Shown: positions 25,852 to 34,914 of the stretch, in pieces
Layout of the letters: every line of letters begins with the position of its first letter
Numbering within the stretch: the first letter of the stretch is position 1
Assembly (NCBI GenBank): GCA_028820995.1
Contig: JAPPHR010000013.1
Span: 1 to 54,136, forward strand
DNA length: 54,136 nt
Direction: 5' to 3'
Origin: Rhodospirillales bacterium
Lineage (GTDB): Bacteria; Pseudomonadota; Alphaproteobacteria; UBA828
The notes under the pieces: generated by a model
What the model was told of the DNA's origin: nothing
Seen by the model: the letters and a program-made list of their open reading frames with translations, nothing else
The model's database searches: none
Position numbers and translations under genes: made by a program

Positions 25852-26634
25852 ATGCTGCAGTCGCGGAAGGCGCTCGTTGTGGGCTGCGCCTTCGTCCTGA
25901 TCGGCTCCGCGGTCGCGGCCACCCCGGCTGCTCCGGCGCACGCCGGCGACGCCGTCGCCGCATACGCATCCCCCTGGGCGTCGGCCGCCGCCGAGGCGCG
26001 CGCCCTGGCAGACCGAATCCTGCAACGGGAAAGCGACGATCTGCTGCTGGACGGCAAGCGCCAGCGCGCGCTCGGACACGAGATCCAGCAGGCGTTGTCG
26101 CTCATCCGCCGAACCCATCCGGCGATGGCGGACGTTTCGGTACGGGAGGGCCGCCGCCGGGGGACCCTCGTTCTCGGGCTGGAGGGCGCGCTGCGCGATG
26201 CCGTCTTTGCCGCGTGGGGCGACGAGCGCGCGCCCGCCCCGCCCGGCACCGGGCACGCGGTCTTCGATGCCCTCAACCGAGGGCTCGGGCTCCAGGCGGT
26301 GCAGCCGTTCTCCGCCCTCGATTCGGTGGTCCTGTATCTCCACGAGCGCGCGAACATCGCTGCGGCGATATTGATGTACGGGGCGATCGACGGCGTTGCC
26401 TACGTGGAGCCTGACGCGTCGCTGGGCGATGGCCCCGATATCGAGGCGGTGAAGGAACAGGGACGCTGGTATTTCGTCTTTCGGCAGGCGTGGGGCGATT
26501 GCCCGTCCGGCTGCATCAACGAGGCGTTTGCGTTCTTTACCGTGGCGGACGGAGAGGCCGCGCCGATCGAGCCCGCACGGGCCCGCGGGATGGACGCCTT
26601 CGCGGCCCTCGTCACCGACAGAGGCTGGCGTTAA
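25852..26634 (+). CDS. Secreted hypothetical protein with C-terminal WGDCPSGC motif
   Basis: ATG 25852 follows GGAGG. Signal peptide MLQSRKALVVGCAFVLIGSAVAATPAAPAHA. The C-terminus is ...GRWYFVFRQAWGDCPSGCINEAFAFFTV.... No family recognised. Confidence 0.65.
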   Translation: MLQSRKALVVGCAFVLIGSAVAATPAAPAHAGDAVAAYASPWASAAAEARALADRILQRESDDLLLDGKRQRALGHEIQQALSLIRRTHPAMADVSVREGRRRGTLVLGLEGALRDAVFAAWGDERAPAPPGTGHAVFDALNRGLGLQAVQPFSALDSVVLYLHERANIAAAILMYGAIDGVAYVEPDASLGDGPDIEAVKEQGRWYFVFRQAWGDCPSGCINEAFAFFTVADGEAAPIEPARARGMDAFAALVTDRGWR

Positions 26635-26758
26635 GCCGGCTTCCCTGCGCCCGGAAGTCGCCGGGCAGCCCATGACCTTGCCGAGACATGCGGGCTAGAA
26701 TGCCGCCCGCCGCCGTTCGAGCAGTGCCGAACGGCTTGGGGAAGCAAGGGAGAGCAGG

Positions 26759-28330
26759 ATGCCCATAGGCCCAGTACCGCCCAGCGCGAAGAAGGTTCAG
26801 GAGATGGCCGAGTCCTTCGGCTTCACGATGAGTGACGCGGAGGCCGACCTCTACAGCGAGATGATGGCCGGCACGTTGAACAGCTACCGCCGCCTCGATG
26901 CGATGCAGGAGACCAAGCCTCCGGTGAAGTATCCGCGCGGCGGCTCCTACCGGCCGGGGCCCGAGGAGGACCCGTACAACGCCTGGTTCGTGAAGGGCGA
27001 GATCAAGGGCTCGGGCGAAGGCGTCCTCGCCGGCAAGCGGGTCGGCATCAAAGATGCGATCTGCGTCGCGGGCTTCCCCATGATCAACGGCGCCAAGGGG
27101 ATGGAGGGCTATATTCCCGACATCGACGCCACCGTGGTGACCCGCGTGCTCGATGCCGGCGGGACCATCCTCGGCAAGACCAACAGCGAGGACTGCTCGT
27201 TCTCCGGCGCGAGCCACACCTCGGCCTTCGGGCCCGTGCGCAACCCGCACAAGCCGACGCATTCGACCGGAGCGTCCTCCAACGGCAACGGCGCCGCGGT
27301 CGCGGCCGGCGACATCGACATGAGCATCGGCGGGGATCAGGGCGGCTCGATCCGCATCCCGGCGAGCTGGAGTGGCATCGTCGGCCTCAAGCCCACGTAC
27401 GGCCTCGTGCCCTACACCGGCGCCATGATGATCGAGATGACCATGGACCATCTCGGCCCCATGGCGGACACGGTGGAGAACACCGCCCGCATGCTGACCG
27501 CGATCGCAGGCGAGGACCCGCTCGACCCGCGCCAGCGGGGGCTGATCCCGGCGGGGCTCGACATGGACTACGTCACCGGCCTCGATGCGGGCTGCAAGGG
27601 CGTCAGGATCGGCGTGCTGAAGGAAGGCTTCGACCAGGGCGCGGGCGAGGAGAGCTGGGGCGACACGGGGCTGCCGCCCGGCGATGCGGTGGTCTCGGAC
27701 AGCGTGCGCGCCGCCGTCGACCGGCTGGCGGCCGCCGGCGCCGAGGTGACGGAGGTCTCCAACCCCCGCCACGAGGACGCCCTGCACGTGTGGCTGCCGA
27801 TCTGCGTCGAGGGCGCGCAGGCGGTCATGCTCAAGGGCAACAACACCGGCACCAACTGGCGCGGATTCTACAACACGCAGCTCCTCGACAACGTGGCGAA
27901 GAGCGGGCGCTCCAGGCCCAACGACATGGGCGTGATGGTGAAGTACGTGCTGCTCTTCGGCGAGTACATGCAGACGGACTACTACGGCCGCTACTACGCA
28001 AAGGCGCAGAACATCCGCGGGCAGATCACGCAGAGTTACGACGATCTGCTGGAATCCTGCGACGTGCTGGTGATGCCGTCGACGGCGATCCTGCCGACGC
28101 CGATCCCCGACAACGACGCGCCGCTCAGGGAGCGCATCGTCCGCACGCTCGACATGATCCACAACACCTGCCAGTTCGACGCAACCGGGCATCCGGCGAT
28201 CTCGGTGCCGTGCGGGGTCTCGGACGACCTGCCCATCGGCTTCATGATCGTCGGCCGCCACTTCGAGGACGCCAAGGTGCTGCAGGTGGCCGCTGCTCTT
28301 GAAGCGGCGAAGGACTGGAAGAGCTGCTGA
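26759..28330 (+). CDS. Amidase-signature (AS) family amidase
   Basis: 523 aa. GIKDAICVAG (catalytic Lys), GASSNGNGAAVAAG (variant of GGSSGGS), GGDQGGSIRIPAS (nucleophile Ser). Confidence 0.9.
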   Translation: MPIGPVPPSAKKVQEMAESFGFTMSDAEADLYSEMMAGTLNSYRRLDAMQETKPPVKYPRGGSYRPGPEEDPYNAWFVKGEIKGSGEGVLAGKRVGIKDAICVAGFPMINGAKGMEGYIPDIDATVVTRVLDAGGTILGKTNSEDCSFSGASHTSAFGPVRNPHKPTHSTGASSNGNGAAVAAGDIDMSIGGDQGGSIRIPASWSGIVGLKPTYGLVPYTGAMMIEMTMDHLGPMADTVENTARMLTAIAGEDPLDPRQRGLIPAGLDMDYVTGLDAGCKGVRIGVLKEGFDQGAGEESWGDTGLPPGDAVVSDSVRAAVDRLAAAGAEVTEVSNPRHEDALHVWLPICVEGAQAVMLKGNNTGTNWRGFYNTQLLDNVAKSGRSRPNDMGVMVKYVLLFGEYMQTDYYGRYYAKAQNIRGQITQSYDDLLESCDVLVMPSTAILPTPIPDNDAPLRERIVRTLDMIHNTCQFDATGHPAISVPCGVSDDLPIGFMIVGRHFEDAKVLQVAAALEAAKDWKSC

Positions 28331-28371
28331 GCGCTGTCCAGGTCGCAATCGGTCGGGGGAACCTATTGGGA

Positions 28372-28410
28372 ATATGGATATAAACCGAATAACATATTGG
28401 AAATCCATAT
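28372..28410. promoter_or_regulatory. Inverted repeat ATATGGAT-N23-ATCCATAT inside an AT-rich island upstream of the lipoprotein genes (candidate operator)
   Basis: Perfect 8-nt arms at 28372-28379 and 28403-28410. Overlapping direct repeats TATTGGGAAT (28364-28373) and TATTGGAAAT (28395-28404). The element lies about 80 nt upstream of ATG 28490. Confidence 0.3.
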
Positions 28411-28489
28411 GATTTAGACTAGCTTCGAGCGTGCGATACGGCGGTCGGCCGTGGGCCACTCGCGGTTTCGGCGCAAGGGAGACTTCGCG

Positions 28490-29332
28490 ATGAGGACAGG
28501 ACTCACGATCGCGGCGCTGGCGGTCGCGATGGCGCTTGTGGCCTGCACGCGCACGCTCGATCCTCCGACGCCCGAGGAACAGGCACGGGAGACGCATGCA
28601 ACGATCGTGAGCGGCGCAAACACGCTGCTGCTCGGCGACCGCCTGGGCTACGACGCGAGTAACGACGAGGTCGAGCGGGTGAACACGACCTGCGAGGGCG
28701 ACCGCTGCGCGATCGGATTCCTGTCCATATTCCGAACGAGCAGCTTCAGTGTCGAAAACGCTGAGCTGGAATTGCTCCGCGAGCGCCGCGGCGTGACCTT
28801 GGTGCGGACGGAAGGGTCGGGAACCTACGGCGACTCCGAGGCCTATGAAGGATGGCTCGAGCACAGCCTCTTTGCCACCCATTCGATCCTGTACGACACC
28901 GAGACCGATCCCGATCAGGGCGCGACGGTCGTCTCCAGCTTTTCGCTCGGCTTCTCGACAGGGGAGAACCCGCGCGCCGCCGACGGCTCGGCCCGCTGGG
29001 AGGGACTGATGCTGGGCCGCGACATGCGCGCGTCTGCCAGCCGCGGCCAGGCGATCCGGGGCGAAGCCGACGTGACGGTGGATTTCGCCGCAGACAGCAT
29101 GACGGCGGATGTCGAGTTCACCGACATCGTCAATATCGAGACCGGCGATCTCCATGACGACATGGCGTGGCAGGGCATGGCGGTGGAGGACGGTGGCTTC
29201 GCCCGGACGGACGCCCCGGACGACACGATCACGGGGCGGTTCTATGGTCCGGGCGAGGAGGAGGTCGGCGGCGTCTTCGAGCGGGACGGCATGGCAGGGG
29301 CGTTCGGCGGGCGGCGCACGTCCGCGCCGTGA
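28490..29332 (+). CDS. Lipoprotein, paralogue 1, with TbpB/fHbp-like C-terminal beta-barrel signature
   Basis: ATG 28490 follows AAGGGAGA. Lipobox ALVAC. The C-terminus is ARWEGLMLG...GEADVTVDF...ADVEFTDI...ITGRFYGPGEEEVGGVFERDGMAGAFGG. Confidence 0.8.
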   Translation: MRTGLTIAALAVAMALVACTRTLDPPTPEEQARETHATIVSGANTLLLGDRLGYDASNDEVERVNTTCEGDRCAIGFLSIFRTSSFSVENAELELLRERRGVTLVRTEGSGTYGDSEAYEGWLEHSLFATHSILYDTETDPDQGATVVSSFSLGFSTGENPRAADGSARWEGLMLGRDMRASASRGQAIRGEADVTVDFAADSMTADVEFTDIVNIETGDLHDDMAWQGMAVEDGGFARTDAPDDTITGRFYGPGEEEVGGVFERDGMAGAFGGRRTSAP

Positions 29333-29408
29333 CCCGCCGCGTCCTGCTCCTGTCCAGGCCGAGGCTGCCGATGGGCCGCCGGGGACGGAAGATCCCGAGG
29401 AGGGTCGA

Positions 29409-30266
29409 ATGAGGAAAGGATTCCCGAACGCGTTCGCGGCGCTGGCGCTCGCAATCGCGCTTGCGGCCTGCACCCACTCGTCCGATTCGCCGCCACCGCC
29501 GCCGACGCCGGATGAGGCGGCGCGGGCCGACTACGCCAGGATCGTCAGCGGCGCGAATGCGATTCTGTATGGTGACCAACTCGGCTATGTCGGCACCGAC
29601 GACGAGGTCGAACGGGTCGGCGTCAGGTGCCTGGTGGATGTCTGCTCTGCCGCGTTCTCCCGGTTTACCCGGCCGAACAATTTCTCCGTCGAGACTGTGG
29701 AGCTGGAACTGATGGGCGAGCGCCGCGGCGTGAGCCTGGTCGTGGAGGAGGCATCGCGTACGCATTTGGACGTTCACGTCTATGGCGGCTGGCTCGACCA
29801 CAGCTTGTTCGGGACCGAATCCGTTTTACTCACGAGCGCCGAATTGCCGGATCAGGGCGCGACGGTGGTCTTGAGCTATTCGGTCGGTTTTTCTACCGAG
29901 GAGAATCCGAGTGCCGTCGAGGGTTCGGCCCGCTGGGAGGGCCTGATGATCGGCCGCGACATGCGAGCGTCCGACAGCCGGGGCCAGGTGATCCTGGGAG
30001 ACGCCGACGTGATGCTCGATTTCGGCACGACTGCTATCACGGCAGATGTCGAGTTCACCGATATCGCCAATGTCGAGAGCGGCGAGGCGTGGGACGACAT
30101 GGCGTGGTACGGCATGGCGGTGGAGGACGGCGCTTTCGCCCACAGCGACGCGGCGGACGACACGATCTCGGGCCGGTTCTTCGGTCCGGGCGAGGAGGAG
30201 GTCGGCGGCGTCTTCGAGCGCGACGGCATCGCAGGCGCGTTCGGCGGACGGCGCGCCTCCGACTGA
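29409..30266 (+). CDS. Lipoprotein, paralogue 2 (tandem duplicate of 28490..29332)
   Basis: ATG 29409 follows GAGGAGGG. Lipobox ALAAC followed by a Pro-rich linker. Roughly 60% identical by eye to paralogue 1. It ends ISGRFFGPGEEEVGGVFERDGIAGAFGG. Confidence 0.8.
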   Translation: MRKGFPNAFAALALAIALAACTHSSDSPPPPPTPDEAARADYARIVSGANAILYGDQLGYVGTDDEVERVGVRCLVDVCSAAFSRFTRPNNFSVETVELELMGERRGVSLVVEEASRTHLDVHVYGGWLDHSLFGTESVLLTSAELPDQGATVVLSYSVGFSTEENPSAVEGSARWEGLMIGRDMRASDSRGQVILGDADVMLDFGTTAITADVEFTDIANVESGEAWDDMAWYGMAVEDGAFAHSDAADDTISGRFFGPGEEEVGGVFERDGIAGAFGGRRASD

Positions 30267-30281
30267 GGCTGGCCGCGCGGG

Positions 30282-31388
30282 CTAGAGAAAGGGCTTGGCG
30301 GAGAGCGTCTTCAGGAACGTATCCAGCGTGGAATCGTAAGAGGTGCCCACGCCATCGGCGTCGAAGACGACGAGATGCTCCAGTTTGGGGACCAGCTCGA
30401 CGCGGTCTCCGACCTTATGTTTGTGATGCGACTCCGCAATGCATAGGAGCCGTTCGTTATTCTCCATGAGCGTCATGTATTGGTAGTGCGAGCCGCGAAA
30501 CGAGATTTCAACGATTCTGCCCATCAGCTCGCTGGCATGGTCGTGAACGATATCGTCGGGCCGGACCAGTATTTCGACGCTGCTTCCCAGCGCGATGTTG
30601 TGGCCCCGGTGCACGCTGTGGATGCCGAGAACCGAGCGCAGCTTCGTCCCGTCGATCGCTGTCGCCGTGATCAACTGTCCTTCGCCGACGAATTGCGCGA
30701 CGAACTTCGAGTTCGGCAGGTGGTAGAGCACATGGGGCTCGTCCCACTGGTGGATGCGCCCGGCGTCCATCACGCCGACCTGGTCCGCCATGGCAAAGGC
30801 CTCGTCGTGGTCGTGCGTGACTAGGATCGCGCTCATGTTCTCGTGCTTCAGGATGCGTCTCACTTCCGGCACGATCGCGAGCCGTCGCTCGGCATCGAGG
30901 CTGGAGAACGCCTCGTCCATCAGCAGGAGCTTGGGCTTCGGCGCCATCGCTCGCGCCAGCGCCACGCGCTGCTGCTCGCCGCCCGAAAGCGAATGCGGCA
31001 TGCGCTCCTCGTAGCCGGCCAGCCCGAAGAGCTCCAGCAGCTCCGCGACGCGGCGGCGTTGCTCGGCCTTCGTCGCCCCGCGCAGCCCGAACGCGATGTT
31101 GCGGCCCACGTCGATATGCGGAAATAGAGCCACGTCCTGAAACACCATGCCGATCTGCCGGTGCTCGGGCTCCACCACGGAATCCGGCGTGGAAAAAGGC
31201 TTACCGTCCATGGACACGGTACCGTGCAGCGGCCGCTCGAACCCGGCGATCGCTCGAAGCAGAGTCGACTTTCCGCAGCCGCTCGGCCCCAGCAGGCTCC
31301 CGATTTCCCCTGCTGCGAGAGTAAACGTGGCGTCCGTCACCACGGCCTTGCCGTCGTACCCGAGCGTCAATGCGTCGATCGTCAGCAC
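30282..31388 (-). CDS. Fe(3+)/polyamine-type ABC importer ATP-binding protein (FbpC/PotA-like)
   Basis: 368 aa. Walker A GPSGCGKST, signature LSGGEQQRVALARA, Walker B LLLMDEAFS, plus a C-terminal regulatory (TOBE-like) extension. Confidence 0.9.
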   Translation of the reverse strand: MLTIDALTLGYDGKAVVTDATFTLAAGEIGSLLGPSGCGKSTLLRAIAGFERPLHGTVSMDGKPFSTPDSVVEPEHRQIGMVFQDVALFPHIDVGRNIAFGLRGATKAEQRRRVAELLELFGLAGYEERMPHSLSGGEQQRVALARAMAPKPKLLLMDEAFSSLDAERRLAIVPEVRRILKHENMSAILVTHDHDEAFAMADQVGVMDAGRIHQWDEPHVLYHLPNSKFVAQFVGEGQLITATAIDGTKLRSVLGIHSVHRGHNIALGSSVEILVRPDDIVHDHASELMGRIVEISFRGSHYQYMTLMENNERLLCIAESHHKHKVGDRVELVPKLEHLVVFDADGVGTSYDSTLDTFLKTLSAKPFL

Positions 31389-31392
31389 CGGC

Positions 31393-33045
31393 CTAGTCCT
31401 GCCCAGCGTGGCCGCGCGAGATCGTGCGGCTCAAGACGATCACCGGAAGGACGCCCACCAGCACGATCATGATCGAGGGCGCCGCTGCGTCCGCGAGCCG
31501 CTCGTCGGAGGCGAGCTCGTAGGCGCGCACCGCCAGGGTGTTGAAGTCGAACGGCCGCAGGATGAGCGTCGCCGGCAGCTCCTTCATCACATCGACGAAC
31601 ACGATCAGCAACGCCGTCAACACCGTGCTCCGCATCAGGGGAACGTGGATCTCGGCCAGCACCTGGATCGGCCGCCGCCCAAGCGAACGCGTCGCATAAT
31701 CAAGGCTCGGCTTGATCTTGTCCAAGCCGTTCTGCACGGCGCCCAGGGAAATCGCCAGGAATCTGACCGTGTAGGCGAAGAGGAGCGCGACGATGCTGCC
31801 GGACAGCACGAGCCCGATCTGCTCTCCCGTCAGGGACTTCGCGAGGTCGATCAGACGATGGTCGATCCATGCCAGCGGCACGATGACGCCGATGGCGACG
31901 ATGGCGCCTGGGATGGCGTAGCCGAGGCCCGAGACGCCGAGCGATACGCGCACCAGCTTCGTGTTGCTGTTGCGCCGCGCATAGCCCAGCACCAGAGCGC
32001 AGGCCAGAGCGATTACGGCGGCAAGCGCCGCCAGGTAGATGGAGTTCCAGATGAGCGCCAGGAAGGAGGCGCCGCCCCAGGCCGCGTCGACGAGCGCCCA
32101 CTTCAGCAAGACCGCGCCAGGAAGGATGAACCCCAGCACCACCGGCAGCATGCACGAGACCCAGGCCCAGATGGCCTGCCCCCTGCTCAGCCGGATGCGA
32201 TTCTCGTAGCGGGCGGGGCGACCGCCCGTGTCGTAGCGGGCTCTGCGACGCGAGTAGCGCTCCATGAAGATCAACAGCACGACGAAGAGCAGCAGCACTG
32301 TCGAGAATTGCGAGGCTGCGGTGATGTCGTCGAAGCCGTAGAAGGTGCGGAAGATCCCGGTGGTGAAGGTGCTCACGCCAAAATATTGAACCGTCCCGTA
32401 GTCGGCGAGGGTCTCCATGAGCGCCAGCGAGACGCCGGTGGCGATCGCAGGCCGCGCCAGCGGGATGGCGAGGCGAAAAAAACTCCGACGTACGCCGTAG
32501 CCCAGCGTGCGGCTCACTTCGAGCGTTGCCGCTGAGCGCTCGAGGAAGGACGCGCGTGCCAGCAGGAACACGTAGGGGTAGAGCACCAGGCCGAGCATGA
32601 CGATCGCTCCGCCGAGGGAGCGGATCGGCGGGAACCAGTAGTCCTCGCGTCCCCAGCCGGTGACGTCCCGGATGAAGGTCTGGACCGGGCCCGGATAGTC
32701 AAGGAGCCCCGTGTACGTATAAGCGATGATGTAGGCCGGGAGGGCCAGCGGCAGCGGCAGCAGCCAGATGAAGAGCCTGCGCCCCGGAAACTCGCAGACT
32801 GCTGTGTACCAGGCGGCGGGCACGCCCAGGATCAGGGTCAGCGTGCCTACGCCCAGCATGAGAATGAGCGAATTGACCACGTAATCGGCGAGGACGGTAC
32901 GCCAGAGGTGCCCCCAGGTCGCGCCGCTGTCCGCCCCGAACACCGATGCGACGATGATGAGCACCGGCAACGCCACGACGAAGGCGAGGAGCGGCGCCGA
33001 CGCGGCAACGAGCCGCGAGGCCGAAAACGGCGATGAGGCAATCAT
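31393..33045 (-). CDS. Iron ABC transporter permease, fused two-domain FbpB type
   Basis: 550-aa polytopic protein with two tandem MetI-like permease modules, as in FbpB/AfuB. Confidence 0.9.
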   Translation of the reverse strand: MIASSPFSASRLVAASAPLLAFVVALPVLIIVASVFGADSGATWGHLWRTVLADYVVNSLILMLGVGTLTLILGVPAAWYTAVCEFPGRRLFIWLLPLPLALPAYIIAYTYTGLLDYPGPVQTFIRDVTGWGREDYWFPPIRSLGGAIVMLGLVLYPYVFLLARASFLERSAATLEVSRTLGYGVRRSFFRLAIPLARPAIATGVSLALMETLADYGTVQYFGVSTFTTGIFRTFYGFDDITAASQFSTVLLLFVVLLIFMERYSRRRARYDTGGRPARYENRIRLSRGQAIWAWVSCMLPVVLGFILPGAVLLKWALVDAAWGGASFLALIWNSIYLAALAAVIALACALVLGYARRNSNTKLVRVSLGVSGLGYAIPGAIVAIGVIVPLAWIDHRLIDLAKSLTGEQIGLVLSGSIVALLFAYTVRFLAISLGAVQNGLDKIKPSLDYATRSLGRRPIQVLAEIHVPLMRSTVLTALLIVFVDVMKELPATLILRPFDFNTLAVRAYELASDERLADAAAPSIMIVLVGVLPVIVLSRTISRGHAGQD

Positions 33046-33137
33046 CGCAAGACAGGCCGTCGTCCTGGTGGCAAGGCCGGTTGCACTGTCGGGCCCGTCA
33101 CCGCCAACACGAGACGCAGGGGCACTGGGCTACAGCG

Positions 33138-34193
33138 TCAGCGCCAGCCGGCCCGGTCCATCAACTCCACGGCCTGACGATTGTTCGCGCCCAGAGCCGT
33201 CAGGTTCAGGGTGTCCTCCGCGAAGGCACCGAAAGATTCCAGCGTTTCCGACGCCGGCACGCCGGGGACGACCGGGTATTCGTGGTTGACCTCCGCGTAC
33301 CAGGCCTGCGCCTCGGGCGAGACCAGGAACTCGATCAGGCGGATGGCGGTGTCGCGGTTCTGCGCATGGGCGGTGATGCCGACGCCGCTCACGTTGACGT
33401 GGACACCGCGTTCGCCCTCGCTCTGATTTGGCCAGAAGGCCGTGAGCACGGCCGCGACGGCCTGATCCTCTTCCTTGGCACTCGCGGCAAGGCGTCCGAA
33501 ATAGTAGGTGTTGGCGACGGCGATATCGCATTCGCCCGCTGCAGCCGCCCTCAGCTGGTCGGTATCGCCGCCGGCCGGCGGGCGGGCGAAGTTGGCGACC
33601 ATCCCCTTGGCCCAGGCTTCGGCCTGCTCGGCGCCGTTCGCCTCGATCATGGAGGCGACCAGGGACTGGTTGTAGATGTTGCCAGAGGAGCGAATGCAGA
33701 TGCGCCCCTCCCACATCGGATCCGTCAATCCCTCGTAAGTGGAGAGCGCCGCCGGGTCGACCCGGCCGTTGGCGTACATGATGGTGCGTGCACGCTTGGA
33801 AAGTGCGACCCAGTAGCCATCGGCATCGCGCAGATGCGCCGGAACGGCGGCGTCGATCGTCTCGCTTCCGATCGTCTGCAGGACCCCGGCCTCCTTGGCG
33901 CGATGCAGCCGGCCCGCGTCGACCGTGATGAAGACATCCGCCGGAGTCGCCTCGCCTTCCAGCTGGAGCCGCTTCAGCAAGGCGTCGGCCTTGCCGGTCA
34001 CCAGGTGAAACTCGATCCCGGTCTCTTCCTGGAAACGCTCCAGGATGGGCAGGATCAGTGCTTCCTTGCGTGCCGAGTAGATGTTGACGGTCTCGCCGTC
34101 CTCGGCAGAGAGGACGCTGGGCGCCACGAGTACACTGGACAAGAGAGCCAACGTCGCGGTGAACGCGATGAAGCGTATGAGTTTCGTTCGCAT
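33138..34193 (-). CDS. Fe(3+) ABC transporter periplasmic binding protein (FbpA/AfuA-like)
   Basis: 351 aa. Signal peptide MRTKLIRFIAFTATLALLSSVLVAPSVLSA. VNIYSARKEALI... and ...VANTYYFGRL... are typical of ferric-binding proteins. The RBS is GAGAGGA. Confidence 0.9.
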   Translation of the reverse strand: MRTKLIRFIAFTATLALLSSVLVAPSVLSAEDGETVNIYSARKEALILPILERFQEETGIEFHLVTGKADALLKRLQLEGEATPADVFITVDAGRLHRAKEAGVLQTIGSETIDAAVPAHLRDADGYWVALSKRARTIMYANGRVDPAALSTYEGLTDPMWEGRICIRSSGNIYNQSLVASMIEANGAEQAEAWAKGMVANFARPPAGGDTDQLRAAAAGECDIAVANTYYFGRLAASAKEEDQAVAAVLTAFWPNQSEGERGVHVNVSGVGITAHAQNRDTAIRLIEFLVSPEAQAWYAEVNHEYPVVPGVPASETLESFGAFAEDTLNLTALGANNRQAVELMDRAGWR

Positions 34194-34556
34194 TGCAATT
34201 GCGTCCTCTCATCGTTCCCGGTCTCGACACAGTCTGGGCCGAGTTGGGTGCATGACCTCGGAGGCTGGGAGGGGGCAATCTATGTAAACGCACCTTAGTG
34301 TAGTTCCAATGTATCTTGCTGTCCAGGCATATGAAGTGGCGTTCGGATGGTCGGGTGCCACTCCGGGGTCTTGCTTGCGTCGGCTGTGCTGTACCGTGAA
34401 AATGGCAAGCGATGCCGAGGCGGCGGCGGGCTGCCGTGCCGCCTTGGCTGAGCGATCTCATGGTCGAGCAAGCGGGTATCCGCTTCCACGACTGCATCGA
34501 CATTTATCTCGAGGAGCCCCAGGCGCCACGCGCGCGGGAATTGGAGTGATCGACGC

Positions 34557-34892
34557 ATGGCGTTCAAGAAGGCGTGCACGCTGGACGACATCCACGAAGG
34601 CGAGATGGAGACCTTCGAGGTGGACGGCACGGAGGTGCTCCTGGTCCACGTGAAGGGCGAAGGCGTTTGCGCGGTCCAGGCGCAGTGCCCGCATCAGGAG
34701 GTCGACCTTGTGGAGGGCGACCTGGATGGTCGGGTGCTCACCTGCATGATGCATCTCTGGGAGTTCGACGTGGTGGCAGGCAAGGGAGTGAACCCTGCCC
34801 ATGCGGAGATCGCTCAGTATCCGGTCAAGATCGACGGTGAGGACGTCTTGATCGACGTCGAGGGCATCGAGCCCAAGCACGCCGACGACTGA
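34557..34892 (+). CDS. Rieske (2Fe-2S) domain ferredoxin
   Basis: 111 aa with CPHQ...(17 aa)...CMMH, i.e. the CxH / CxxH Rieske ligands. Confidence 0.85.
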   Translation: MAFKKACTLDDIHEGEMETFEVDGTEVLLVHVKGEGVCAVQAQCPHQEVDLVEGDLDGRVLTCMMHLWEFDVVAGKGVNPAHAEIAQYPVKIDGEDVLIDVEGIEPKHADD

Positions 34893-34914
34893 GGGCGGAG
34901 CGGGAGGAACGGCG

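Noticed and set aside
26612-29473. 953-aa ORF on the - strand
   Set aside because: It lies antisense to the amidase and the first lipoprotein gene. There are no motifs and the composition is Arg/Ala/Gly-rich, while the + strand genes have an RBS, a signal or lipobox, and catalytic motifs.
34195-34202. GCAATTGC palindrome next to the fbpA-like start codon as a Fur/Mur box
   Set aside because: It is only 8 nt long and lies between the RBS and the ATG rather than in a promoter. It is too short to distinguish from chance.
34295-34653. Two overlapping 111-114-aa ORFs in the divergent region between the fbpA-like and Rieske genes
   Set aside because: Neither has an RBS, a motif or protein-like composition. 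One runs into the Rieske gene out of frame. The region is more plausibly a 363-nt regulatory spacer.
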